Origin: a virus
Taxonomy: Duplodnaviria > Caudoviricetes
DNA: 40,297 nucleotides
Reading direction: 5' to 3' (one strand)
Virus record (IMG/VR): IMGVR_UViG_3300031949_000094
Coordinates: 1-40,297 of that record
Part shown: one piece after another, positions 1-9,487 of the stretch
Numbering within the stretch: the stretch's first letter is position 1
Layout of the letters: every line of letters starts with the position of its first letter
The notes under the pieces: generated by a model
Database searches by the model: none
Seen by the model: only the letters and a program-made list of their open reading frames with translations
Told to the model about the DNA's origin: nothing
Program-made: the position numbers and the translations under genes

Positions 1-1
1 C

Positions 2-2503
2 GCGGCGAGCCGTGCGTGAAGCATGTGTAGCGTTAACCCACAGCCATTCATCGAGGCCCATCGCTACTGCCGCCGTGGTGCTAGACTTCCCGGCCAGCAG
101 GATTGATCCGCCGTCGCCATTTGCGCCACTGCCGAGCGCCGTCAATCCTAGCATTGCCGCTACTCCAGCAAGCGAATCGTTTCGTTTTATCGTCACGACG
201 CCTGTCGTGATAGCCCCTTGAGTTGCGCTACTCCCGACAATCAATGCCCCCGCATAAGCATTGCCAAGTATCTCCGCTTTTGCCCCCGGTGTAGCCAGTG
301 CAGCCAATCCTATTCCGACCTGACCGCTGCTATCAATCGTCAAATGCTCCGTGAGCGAACCCTCGGAAGTTCCGGCGTCTACCCCTAAAACTAATCTCTG
401 TGAATTTTGTGTATTGATAGAAACCCGCCCACCCGCTGCCTGCGTCCGAATCGAAAACATTTGCGTAGAGGTATCTTGCAATGACAAAATATTGTCACCG
501 GCCAGATTGATCAATAGGCCAGCCTGAGAATAAGACGCCGAAGCACCTCCCACAGTCAACGCGCCATTGGTATGTGATTTCATGATACGGGTAGGAGTAT
601 AGGACGCATCAGCGGTTAAACCAGTGTCGTAATAAACAGAAAATGGATTGGCATCATTGCCGAATCGAACCGCAATAGCGGCCCCGTTTGTTACTGCTCG
701 CCATGCTCCATTGTAATAGGCGTTACCCCCGAAAAACAGAATGTCTGGATTGAAAAACGCCCTCGCAGACGGAAATTTTATATTACCACTCACATCTAGG
801 GACGCTGCTGCATGTGGAGATGCGACTCCAACACCTAATTGTGTTCCATTCCATATTAGATTCGCATCGCTGGTTAAAGCGTTCGCGCCAGACCAGTAGG
901 CGATACGTGTTGCCGCGCCAGTGCCAAGCGCCGCCGTACCCGTCGCGGGGATCGTCAGGTTGTAACTGTCTGTCGCGGTCAGCGTCAACACTTTGGTATT
1001 CGTCACGGCGAATACCGTCTTACCGCCTGTCGTGCCGTCCAGCAAGAAAACACTGTATACCGGCGCGAATGGTGTAGCGCCCGTGACGATGACCTGATAT
1101 TGACTTGTCCCATTGCCGAGCAGGGCAGGCGATCCTGTGATCGCGTGCGTATGGCCGTTGATCGAAACGTTGTTCGTTGTGGCGCTGGTTAGCGTGCCAG
1201 CGCCGATTGCCACTGTGCCGGTTGCCGGAACTGTTGCTGTGAAGTTACCGCCAAAGGAAAGGCTCGCGCTATTGATAGTTATCTTCGGCGTTGCCACAAC
1301 TTCACTCACGGTCAGGTTCGCGTTAAGATCAAGTGTGAACGGCCCGCCTGCTAAAGTTTGCGTCAGGGTCAGGCTGTTGTTTACCGTCAACGTCTTGCCT
1401 GTTGCGATATTCAGCGCCCCGCCCGATTCGGCATAGGAAAAAGGAGTAGCGCCCGACACGAGATATTTGTACTGCGCTGATGCGGCGGCCAGCATGGCGG
1501 GGGTGATGCTGCCTGCGGCGGGTGTAATTGTCGCGCTACTCAACGCCGTCACGCGCCCCTGTGCGTCGATGGTGATGATCGGCGCAACTGTCGCGCTGCC
1601 GATCGGCCCGGTCGCGCCTGGGCCGGTGTTCTTTAACGTCAACGCGCCGGTGTTGGCGATTGTCGCATCGCCTGACATCGCAACATCTGCCGCGAGATTC
1701 GATGCATTGCCAACAAAGATATGAGCATCTGTCAACGTCATATCGCCGGGCGTGATGCTGGACGCGAGCCGCTCTTGCGGCCAGCGTAGATCGCGCATGT
1801 CGTTGTTAGTCGTAGTCTCGCGGATCGATGTCTGTCCGGCGTAGAGCCGCACCGCTGCCAATCTGAAATTACCCGCGGGCGTGTCTGGGATGTCGCCTAG
1901 CGTCAACGTTGCTACACTGGACGCGGGCGTGCCGTCTGTTGCCACGAGTGCCCCCGCGCTGTCCACGCTGATCAGGCAGTAGAGCGCACCCGACACGGGC
2001 AGATGTGCCGTGAGATCAAGCGTTTGTGTTGGCACCACGAGATCAGCACCGGGGCGGGGGAGCAGGCCCGCTAACACACCGATCGTCAATCCGCTGTAGG
2101 CGTAGACGCGCAGCGTTGTAATCTGCCGCCAATCCACGTTGACTTGATCAACGCCGAGGTAGCCGTGCGTGAGCGCGTGCAATGGCGTATTGTAGACAAT
2201 GCCGCCGCCTGCTCCACCTGTGCCGCCGTCAAGCCGTTGATCATCTTGTCCGATAACCTGCCAGTGCAGCGGCATTTCCGGCGTCTTGGCAATGCGAACG
2301 AGCATACCGTCAACGGGCGGTACGCGATAGTTGAGAACGGAGATTACGCTGCTGTTTTCAGCCAGCCGCACGAATACTTTGTTATCTGTGTCCTGCACGT
2401 TGCCATGCCCATCGCCAAGCATTGCTTGTTTCCATTCGATGGAGTTTTGCTTCGTGCCGAGCACGCCGCTTACAATTCGTGCCGCTTCTTCTAGCGTTGT
2501 CAT
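2..2503 (-). CDS. Tail fibre / receptor-binding protein, 3' end outside the window (at least 834 codons; not in the ORF track)
   Basis: ATG at 2503 overlaps the stop of the upstream gene. Both ends were translated by hand (MTTLEEAARIVSGVLG... and ...WLWVNATHASRTARR) and the ORF track lists no closed ORF in this frame. G/A/T/S-rich with fibre-like motifs ITIDAQGRVTA, HIFVGNASN, TIDSSGQVGIG. Confidence 0.85.
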   Translation of the reverse strand, partial: MTTLEEAARIVSGVLGTKQNSIEWKQAMLGDGHGNVQDTDNKVFVRLAENSSVISVLNYRVPPVDGMLVRIAKTPEMPLHWQVIGQDDQRLDGGTGGAGGGIVYNTPLHALTHGYLGVDQVNVDWRQITTLRVYAYSGLTIGVLAGLLPRPGADLVVPTQTLDLTAHLPVSGALYCLISVDSAGALVATDGTPASSVATLTLGDIPDTPAGNFRLAAVRLYAGQTSIRETTTNNDMRDLRWPQERLASSITPGDMTLTDAHIFVGNASNLAADVAMSGDATIANTGALTLKNTGPGATGPIGSATVAPIITIDAQGRVTALSSATITPAAGSITPAMLAAASAQYKYLVSGATPFSYAESGGALNIATGKTLTVNNSLTLTQTLAGGPFTLDLNANLTVSEVVATPKITINSASLSFGGNFTATVPATGTVAIGAGTLTSATTNNVSINGHTHAITGSPALLGNGTSQYQVIVTGATPFAPVYSVFLLDGTTGGKTVFAVTNTKVLTLTATDSYNLTIPATGTAALGTGAATRIAYWSGANALTSDANLIWNGTQLGVGVASPHAAASLDVSGNIKFPSARAFFNPDILFFGGNAYYNGAWRAVTNGAAIAVRFGNDANPFSVYYDTGLTADASYTPTRIMKSHTNGALTVGGASASYSQAGLLINLAGDNILSLQDTSTQMFSIRTQAAGGRVSINTQNSQRLVLGVDAGTSEGSLTEHLTIDSSGQVGIGLAALATPGAKAEILGNAYAGALIVGSSATQGAITTGVVTIKRNDSLAGVAAMLGLTALGSGANGDGGSILLAGKSSTTAAVAMGLDEWLWVNATHASRTARR

Positions 2504-5430
2504 CAGTACACCAGCCCGCAGCCGATGATCGTCTGATCACCGGTTGCCAAGTCCCAGAAGTTGCCCGTCATGTCGCTGATCAATCCGCCTGATTGATTGT
2601 AGAGACGCGAGGGAACATTGCTTGCCGTCAACACGCGCGGCGTCCAGACCAACGGCCCGCCGCCCGCGCGCTTTGAATCATACACCCACCCGTTGACCCA
2701 CTGCGCGACGTTTGTAAATGCGCCAAGCCCGGATGATGCAACATACAACTTGCCGGCCACATCAACGCAGTAGGCATTGTTCCCGTCCCGTGCGCCGGTG
2801 ATAACCGTATTGATTACCGCGTCGTCTGGATTGGATTGCGCGCCGAAGTCCACTACGTCCGTGCCTAACACACGCCGCAACCACACATGCGATCCGGCTA
2901 CCCCGGAATTGCTGAGGGCAAAGAGTTGCGCGCCGTCTTTAGTTGTCCAGCCGACGAAGCCAACACCCCAGGATGATCCATCGATGGGTATCTTTGAGGG
3001 GTAACTCAAAACTGCCGCGTCGAATCCGTAGAAATCAGGGCCGACTAATTCCGGGCCGAAGGTATTCACGTCATCCAGATAGGTTGTCGTCCAGGCCGCG
3101 CCGTCATACTCTACCCACATCCAGCGCGTGTTTATCGGCGGGTTGGGGTACGCCAACTTAACGATCGTGATCAACTTGTTCTGGTAGATCAGCATGTTGG
3201 TATAGGTCGCTGCTACGTTCGCAAATGGAGCGATCCCCATGTGCAAAATGTCGTCATAGGTTGGTGTAGCGTCCTTCTGGTTGCCGCAGTGGTAAAACAC
3301 ATCTGTCATGTAGCGGTAATAGACCACGCCGCCCGATGTGATTCCTGCCCATGTCGTGTTGCCGCCGCCCACCGCGATTTTATTCCAAGTCGGCTGCCCG
3401 CCGTTGAAGTAGTCGCCCGACCAATAGGCCGCGTCAGAAGTAAATATCCACACCTCGCTTGCGTCCGCGCCTTCGACGGGATCGATGGGCGGCGGTTCAA
3501 CTGGCGGAACGATCGGGCCGGGCGGTTGCGCCGGCGGTACAGGCGGCGTGTCGCCCGTGATCGCCAACGCCGCTGTCACCTCAGCCTCGAATGTCACTGT
3601 GGTCAGCACCGCGCCAAGCGCCTGATCGAAATCATCGGTGATGGTGCGCGGGATGACCGTCAATGACTCAGCAATGCCGCGCGGCGTGTCACCTGCCGCG
3701 ATTGCCAGCGTCAAGCGTTGATACGGCGCGATGTCGATCAAATGATGATTGCACCCAAACTTAACATCAATGCGCGGATAGGGATTGTTCTTCCATGCGC
3801 TGTACAGTCCCGCCAGTATATTTGTGTCGGCTTGCGATGAAGTCAGCATCAGCCGATCAACAACTTCCACGCCGCCGTAGTGGCGGAACACGTGCCCCGG
3901 TGCAAGACTAAAAAGCGGAACAGCCGTTGCGCCGTCCCACGTCACGCCGGATAGATCGATCAATGCCGCCTCGTCAACTGTGACGCGATCCATTCTGATC
4001 TCGTCTATCCAATCGGCGGATGTCAACGCCTGCACGACGGGCATACTTGATCGATCTGAGACAAGTTGCTGCTCGATTTCAAGGAAGAGCCGCCCGTACC
4101 GATCACAGCACGGATTCGCCAACATTGACCTGGTAGCAATCTCGATCAACTGCGCCCAGATGTTTTCGCCGCCCGGCGACTCAAGCCGCTTGTGCCGTCG
4201 CCCGTCTATGTTGGGGTAGACATCCATCATGCGTGTCGCCGTCGAACGCCAGCGCATGAAATGATACCACGCCTTATTCAGCGTCAGACCCAGAAACTTT
4301 GTCCACTTGTTCGGCGTAATGTCCACATCCTTAACACCCGATGGAAACGCCGTCATACGCCCGAACCAATACTGCGGCCCTTCGATGTCAAATGATACAC
4401 TGCCCCATTTGTCCTCAGTGCCCCACACGATAGACTCGCCCGCAATGCGCCCGACCATGCGAATATTCTCACAGCCAGGAACGTAGCCGATCGATCCGCG
4501 TGTGTTGCCGTAGTAGTCCACGCTATGCAGGATTACCATCGCCCGATCGCGCACTAGCGTTAGTGTGGCTTCATCGTAAAGCGTGACGCGGGCAGACCAC
4601 CCGCCCGCGTTGTAGTCGCCGGTTGGCGGCGAGGATAACTCAAACTGCGTTGTGACGCCGCTTGATTCAGTAACGACGAACACGCGCCGATAGCCGGTGA
4701 ATGATACGCCGTTGTCACCGGTGACGGTGCAGGATAGGCGATACGATCCTACGCTGGTAAATGTAATCGTCGGTGTGGCGGTCGTCCCGTTCGTGACTGT
4801 CGCGCCTGCACAAGCCCAGGCCCATCCCGTGACCGTTCCGTCCTTGACCCAACTATTCGACGCATCAGGGTAATAGATGACTGACGCCCCGCGTAGCCAT
4901 AGCACCGCATCCGGCCCTATGACGGGTGTCGGTATCGCTCCGCTGGTGATGTTCTGATTCGCGGCCCCGCTGCCGAGAGGTACATCGTAATCCATCAGCG
5001 GCGTCGTGCCGTCTGTTGGATCGATGCGAATATGACGCGGCCAGAGATTGAACTCGTCTATTACCGTGAGGTAAGCATCAGCGGCCCAGTCGATTTCTGA
5101 CTCTTCGGCAATATTGAATGTGCCCGCCGCTGCGCCCAGGCCCGTTGTGTTTCGTAGTCGCACCTCGCCTAGATCATACTCGCCATAGCCTACCGCACTC
5201 ACGAGGATCGTCATATCCGCGAGGATGTCAGCGTAGGTCTTGCCGCCTACACCAGCGCCGGTATTGTAGGTGATGCTGGCACATTGATCAGTTGAGGCAG
5301 GCACAGCCGCCAGTCGCGCACGATATATTTCGGCGGGGTTGTCGAACGTCAAGTACCAGCGCGTCGATTGCCCGTCACTTCGCATCAACGCTAATTCTGG
5401 CGCGGTCGCCGCTCTAGGTAAAACCGTCAC
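2503..5430 (-). CDS. Large tail-tip/hub protein (~975 aa) with PKD/Ig-like segment, Pro-rich linker and beta-rich C-terminal domain
   Basis: ORF 2503..5475; likelier start GTG 5430 (MTVLPRAATAPELALMRS), which avoids overlap with the + strand gene. PKD-like DASNSW...TPTITFTSVGSYRLSCTVTG; linker PPVPPAQPPGPIVPPVEPPP; lies between tape measure and fibre. Confidence 0.7.
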   Translation of the reverse strand: MTVLPRAATAPELALMRSDGQSTRWYLTFDNPAEIYRARLAAVPASTDQCASITYNTGAGVGGKTYADILADMTILVSAVGYGEYDLGEVRLRNTTGLGAAAGTFNIAEESEIDWAADAYLTVIDEFNLWPRHIRIDPTDGTTPLMDYDVPLGSGAANQNITSGAIPTPVIGPDAVLWLRGASVIYYPDASNSWVKDGTVTGWAWACAGATVTNGTTATPTITFTSVGSYRLSCTVTGDNGVSFTGYRRVFVVTESSGVTTQFELSSPPTGDYNAGGWSARVTLYDEATLTLVRDRAMVILHSVDYYGNTRGSIGYVPGCENIRMVGRIAGESIVWGTEDKWGSVSFDIEGPQYWFGRMTAFPSGVKDVDITPNKWTKFLGLTLNKAWYHFMRWRSTATRMMDVYPNIDGRRHKRLESPGGENIWAQLIEIATRSMLANPCCDRYGRLFLEIEQQLVSDRSSMPVVQALTSADWIDEIRMDRVTVDEAALIDLSGVTWDGATAVPLFSLAPGHVFRHYGGVEVVDRLMLTSSQADTNILAGLYSAWKNNPYPRIDVKFGCNHHLIDIAPYQRLTLAIAAGDTPRGIAESLTVIPRTITDDFDQALGAVLTTVTFEAEVTAALAITGDTPPVPPAQPPGPIVPPVEPPPIDPVEGADASEVWIFTSDAAYWSGDYFNGGQPTWNKIAVGGGNTTWAGITSGGVVYYRYMTDVFYHCGNQKDATPTYDDILHMGIAPFANVAATYTNMLIYQNKLITIVKLAYPNPPINTRWMWVEYDGAAWTTTYLDDVNTFGPELVGPDFYGFDAAVLSYPSKIPIDGSSWGVGFVGWTTKDGAQLFALSNSGVAGSHVWLRRVLGTDVVDFGAQSNPDDAVINTVITGARDGNNAYCVDVAGKLYVASSGLGAFTNVAQWVNGWVYDSKRAGGGPLVWTPRVLTASNVPSRLYNQSGGLISDMTGNFWDLATGDQTIIGCGLVY

Positions 5431-5440
5431 TTGATCACCG

Positions 5441-5460
5441 TGATATAATTGAGATGGAGG
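5441..5460 (+). promoter_or_regulatory. Extended -10 promoter (TGaTATAAT) and RBS GGAGG for the counter-oriented small gene
   Basis: TG at 5441-5442, TATAAT at 5444-5449, GGAGG at 5456-5460, ATG at 5467. Confidence 0.6.
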
Positions 5461-5466
5461 ATTTCC

Positions 5467-5721
5467 ATGCCACACCGCCTAGACATCAACCGCGAAATGA
5501 AGCCGTTCACGCCGATCAAGCCGCCGCCCGATCTACATCCTGCCATGCTGTACATCCCCTCAATCATTGCGCGCTTAGAAGCGTTCATGGATGATCTGAT
5601 TCGTACTTACGAACGTGACAGAAAAGAAGTCGCAGAAGAGTATCAACATACTATGGCCTATCTTGCCGATCAATTTGCTAAAGACCTGCAAGATTTGCAA
5701 AGGCAACTAGGCCCGTCATAG
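5467..5721 (+). CDS. Hypothetical helical protein (84 aa), moron-like, opposite strand to the tail operon
   Basis: Fills the gap between two minus-strand genes; strong RBS; MPHRLDINRE...LQDLQRQLGPS. Confidence 0.7.
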   Translation: MPHRLDINREMKPFTPIKPPPDLHPAMLYIPSIIARLEAFMDDLIRTYERDRKEVAEEYQHTMAYLADQFAKDLQDLQRQLGPS

Positions 5722-6489
5722 CCTCGCCCTCCACACCGCAAACACGCCCCAACTCATCACCACGCCTACCAGCATCACGCGCCGATTGACGCGGAACAAC
5801 GGGAGCGCCGCGCACCAGTTAAGTGCCGTCATGTAAGGCGACACGAAACACGCCGCGCCAAGTGCTACCACCTCGTCACGCTTGCGCCATGAGTAGACGA
5901 GAAGCGGCCCGCCGATGAGCAGGCCCCACGGCCACACCGACACGTTCCACGCTGTGTTAATCGGCGTCGTGCTCAGTATCCCCATCGCCAACGATACCGC
6001 CAATAGAACGCCTACCGCCGCCGTTAGTCGCCAATCGCGCCGCTTCCACAGCATGAGCGCCGCCGCGAATAGGCCGATCTGTGGCTTGGCGAGCAACAGC
6101 CACACCCCGATCGGCGCGGGTAGGGTGACGCCTAGAAGCACAATCGCGTCCAGATTGCCGTAGAACGCGATAAGCAGGCCAAACGGTGCAAGCGTCGCCA
6201 CAAGCCAAATAAACCGCGCTGGTGCAATCCTGTGCATTGCCAGCGCGTAAATACCGAACATCACCCCTGCATTGACGCGGTACGCCCCCTCAAACGGGAT
6301 GACAGACAACGGCGCAGCCACGAGCGCCACGTGAAGCGGGTTGTAGTAGCCGGACACACTGTACGGGTTGACGCCGCTTCGCACCGCCTGTGCCGCCGCG
6401 TAGAATATGCCGAAATCGCCCAGATGCGGCGCAGTAATTCCCACGGCGCACGAAACGACGATCAGCAGGGCGAGGTGGAAGCGTGTCAT
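5716..6489 (-). CDS. Multi-pass membrane glycosyltransferase, GT87/DUF2029-like (GT-C fold)
   Basis: Motifs GDFGIFYAAAQAVRSGVNPY, YYNPLHVAL, GNLD and LLLAKPQIG; many hydrophobic helices; TGATG coupling to the upstream tail gene. Confidence 0.75.
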   Translation of the reverse strand: MTRFHLALLIVVSCAVGITAPHLGDFGIFYAAAQAVRSGVNPYSVSGYYNPLHVALVAAPLSVIPFEGAYRVNAGVMFGIYALAMHRIAPARFIWLVATLAPFGLLIAFYGNLDAIVLLGVTLPAPIGVWLLLAKPQIGLFAAALMLWKRRDWRLTAAVGVLLAVSLAMGILSTTPINTAWNVSVWPWGLLIGGPLLVYSWRKRDEVVALGAACFVSPYMTALNWCAALPLFRVNRRVMLVGVVMSWGVFAVWRARL

Positions 6490-7088
6490 CACAACAGCAC
6501 CAGATCACGCCATGAAATTGAGAAGCCCACGCGCCGGGTAGCCTGCCGATCTAATTCGTCCGGCCACAGGTAGACGGCTTCCATCGTATCGTAGCGATCG
6601 GTGTTCTCCGTGGTGCGCGTCCTGATGTAAGTTCTAGCCGATGCGCTGGCGAGAATCGTCCGCAATGCGCCGTACTGCCCCTGTGAGATGAAGCCCCATA
6701 TCCACTGACAAGATGGGCGGCCAACCGCCCGCGCTATTCCGTTGCCTAGATCAACTTTGGCCTGCCATTGCTTATAGATTGAGCGCGGCGCTTTGACGGC
6801 GGGCGACAATGCCGACACGTTGACGAGATTGTTATACATGAACGCTTGTGCCGCAAAGCCAGTCACGAGTACCGACTGTAATACCGCATCGTCATCGTCT
6901 GTGATGGAGCGAATCGCCATGACGTTAGCGCCCACTGTAATAATCGCGCCTGCCACCAGTTGCGTTGTGAATGCCGTGCCGTTGCCGAGTAGGGCGGCTG
7001 TGCCGTCAACAACCGTCAGCACGCCCGTACCCGCTGCCGTGTCGGCAGTGCGAAATAGTTTGTACTCATTCGCCGCCATGATGGTCAT
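6489..7088 (-). CDS. Putative distal-tail (Dit-like) protein with inserted beta segment
   Basis: Directly follows the tape measure gene (TAATG coupling); 199 aa; insert GTGVLTVVDGTAALLGNGTAFTTQL resembles phage tail beta-repeats. Confidence 0.5.
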   Translation of the reverse strand: MTIMAANEYKLFRTADTAAGTGVLTVVDGTAALLGNGTAFTTQLVAGAIITVGANVMAIRSITDDDDAVLQSVLVTGFAAQAFMYNNLVNVSALSPAVKAPRSIYKQWQAKVDLGNGIARAVGRPSCQWIWGFISQGQYGALRTILASASARTYIRTRTTENTDRYDTMEAVYLWPDELDRQATRRVGFSISWRDLVLL

Positions 7089-8911
7089 TAGGTTGCCCTC
7101 GCAAACACTTCTGAGATTGCCCTGTACGTTTCGCTTCTCACAGTCTGCCCTAGCATTCCTCCGTCAACGCCGTTGAAATTCTGCGTAACGTTGGCGCTGT
7201 TGTTGTTGGTCGTGGTATTCGTCGCCTGCATTTGCGCCGCGAAAGCATTGCGCGCGTCGACAAACGCTTGCACGATGTCTTTCAGTAGCAGGCCATATTC
7301 TACTGCTTCAGCATTTCGCTTGGCTTTGGCTTGTGTCTGCAAGTCAATCAAGTCCTGTGCGTATTGCGACTTGCGCTCTTGCTCTTGCTCTTTATGCGCT
7401 TGCTCTAACTCGCGCAGTTGATTCGCGTAATCCTCAGACCGACGCCGCGCCGCGACCTGATAATCCTCGTCTTGCCGCTGTTGTTCGGTCTTGAAGTTGT
7501 CCATCTCGTCTTCAAGACCTAGCGCGTCCCGGCTGTCCGCCAGTTTCGACATGCGCTTGTCATGGTCTTGCGTCAAGCGCCGGATATTGCGCTGATGATC
7601 TTCTTCGGCCCGCGCCGTTTCGATACCGTAGGACTGCGCCAACTGCGAGCGCTGTGCGTAGTATTGCTTGTCAATCGCCAGCGTGTCAGCGTTGTACTGT
7701 TGCGCCAGTGCGATTCGCTTCGTCGTTGTTTCTTTTGCTATAAAATCAAGCGCATTACGGTAACGCTGATCAGCGACACTCTTGCTCGTCTCGAATTTTC
7801 CCGACGCCGCTTGCAGTCCGCCAAATGCTTGCGCGATGCCCCCGGCGCGTTTAGTGTAATCAATGAGTGCCTGCGCTATCTTCTCGCCTTGCGCCTTAGT
7901 CGCTTGGTCTACTGATACAGCGCTGGCCGCTTCTCCAAGCCGTTTAGTTTGTCCACCAGCCGGGCCTAGCAGGCCGCTCATGCCGCCTAGTAAATCGCCA
8001 ATAGTCTTGTTAAGTGCTTCCGGGTTTTTCTGTAGTCCTGTCTTAAAATCAAATACGGCGTTGTCGGCATTGACTTGAATCAACTCAGCCTGAATTCTCA
8101 TCTGAGTTAGTTCACCGATCATGTTATTGGCAAGTTGTTCTTGATTGAAGCCAGCCCCGGCAAACTTGCCAAGTTGATCGAGGATGTTGCCTGTCGTATT
8201 TCCGCCCTGCAATTTTCCGATCGTCGCGTCATAGGCCGCCGCGCCAAGCGCAATGCCTCCCAACGCCACCCCGGCCATTTTAAGAGCAGACCCTAGCCCG
8301 CCTTTCTGCTTGACGATCGCGTCTATGGACTGTGCCACATCACCGAAGCCGTCCGCCACGCCGCCGATCGCCACGAGCGTGTCATTGCCGAGGAATGATC
8401 CGGCTTGTCGCAAGTCGCGCCCGAATCCGGATAGTTTGCCTAGTCTATCGGTTAAGCGCGATGTGGAGGTGGTAGTTTTATCAGTAGCAGCCGCAACCTT
8501 AACATGCGCTGCGGCTATGGTGTTGTATGAAGCCGCGTCGAATTTCTTTTGTTCGCTCGTTGCGGCTTTTTGTCTTGCATCTGTCGCTTGCTTTTCGGCC
8601 TTTGCTAGATCGTTCGCGGCCTTGATCTTATCATCCGTTATTTTCTTTTCGGCTTTAGCGAGGATAGCAGCAGCAGCAGCGGCTTTTTGTTGATAGGCGA
8701 TTGCCTCATCTGCAATCTGCTTTTGTATCTTGGCGCTTTCGAGCGAGGCTTTTTGAATCTTGATCTGTGTTTCTATCGTCTTCTGCGCTTCTTTGTCGGC
8801 AGACGCCAACGCTTTAGCCAGATCATCATATAATGATGCTAGTTTTTCTTGCGCTTTTGTAAGTCCCTCGACGCCTTTTGTTTTGTACTCAATCAGAACA
8901 GGATCAGCCAT
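7088..8911 (-). CDS. Tape measure protein (607 aa)
   Basis: Ala/Lys/Gln-rich coiled coil with central hydrophobic Gly/Ala segments; follows the tail chaperone pair. Confidence 0.85.
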   Translation of the reverse strand: MADPVLIEYKTKGVEGLTKAQEKLASLYDDLAKALASADKEAQKTIETQIKIQKASLESAKIQKQIADEAIAYQQKAAAAAAILAKAEKKITDDKIKAANDLAKAEKQATDARQKAATSEQKKFDAASYNTIAAAHVKVAAATDKTTTSTSRLTDRLGKLSGFGRDLRQAGSFLGNDTLVAIGGVADGFGDVAQSIDAIVKQKGGLGSALKMAGVALGGIALGAAAYDATIGKLQGGNTTGNILDQLGKFAGAGFNQEQLANNMIGELTQMRIQAELIQVNADNAVFDFKTGLQKNPEALNKTIGDLLGGMSGLLGPAGGQTKRLGEAASAVSVDQATKAQGEKIAQALIDYTKRAGGIAQAFGGLQAASGKFETSKSVADQRYRNALDFIAKETTTKRIALAQQYNADTLAIDKQYYAQRSQLAQSYGIETARAEEDHQRNIRRLTQDHDKRMSKLADSRDALGLEDEMDNFKTEQQRQDEDYQVAARRRSEDYANQLRELEQAHKEQEQERKSQYAQDLIDLQTQAKAKRNAEAVEYGLLLKDIVQAFVDARNAFAAQMQATNTTTNNNSANVTQNFNGVDGGMLGQTVRSETYRAISEVFARAT

Positions 8912-9165
8912 TGGCGTCTCGCTCGATCTTCTTCATCTTGGCGTTAAGCGCGGCCAGCATCATGACATCATTCAGGATTGATTCAGGCTGTGCCAGCACA
9001 TCGTTGATCGTCCAGCGCCATTCGACGGCTTCGAGGATCGACCACACGTTAAAAGCCAGATCGGGATCGCCACTGTAGGTGATCGTCTCTGGCAAAGTGG
9101 CGTCAATCTCATGGCCTACAGCGAGGCGCAAGTACAGATCGTCAGCCGCCTCTATCCTTTTTTTT
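8904..9165 (-). CDS. Tail assembly chaperone, -1 frameshift extension (lambda gpGT-like)
   Basis: The -1 frame is open from the slippery A8 run: KRIEAADDLYLRLAVGHE...IERDANG; the ORF-track TTG start lies inside this extension. Confidence 0.8.
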
Positions 9166-9487
9166 CGTCGTCTACCTGTGGTAGCCAGTGCGGGTTAAGT
9201 TCGTATACCGCGCTTTCCCACTGAATGACAAACGCTTCCGGCAATGCGACAAACTGATCGAACGTGAGCACGCCTTCAACTTCATCGATGATGATCTTAT
9301 GCGCCGCCGCGATCAGATCGGGATAGGTGAATACCCGCGCGATGACGATTTCTTCTGCATCGTCGCCAGTGTGTTTGTACTCATTCCTTAGCCGGGTGCG
9401 CTTCATGCCCATCAGCACGTTAGCCGCGCCTACCACAACTTGCGCCGTGATCCCATTGCCGGAATAGTCAATCGTCTTGCTGTCCAC
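9152..9487 (-). CDS. Tail assembly chaperone (gpG-like, 111 aa)
   Basis: Between tail tube and tape measure genes; ends DDEKKG at a slippery site. Confidence 0.8.
   Translation of the reverse strand: MDSKTIDYSGNGITAQVVVGAANVLMGMKRTRLRNEYKHTGDDAEEIVIARVFTYPDLIAAAHKIIIDEVEGVLTFDQFVALPEAFVIQWESAVYELNPHWLPQVDDEKKG
9158..9165 (-). other. Programmed -1 ribosomal frameshift site (A AAA AAA)
   Basis: Minus strand reads GAA AAA AAA GGA TAG; a -1 slip gives AAA AGG ATA GAG GCG, in frame with ORF 8904..9131. Confidence 0.8.
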
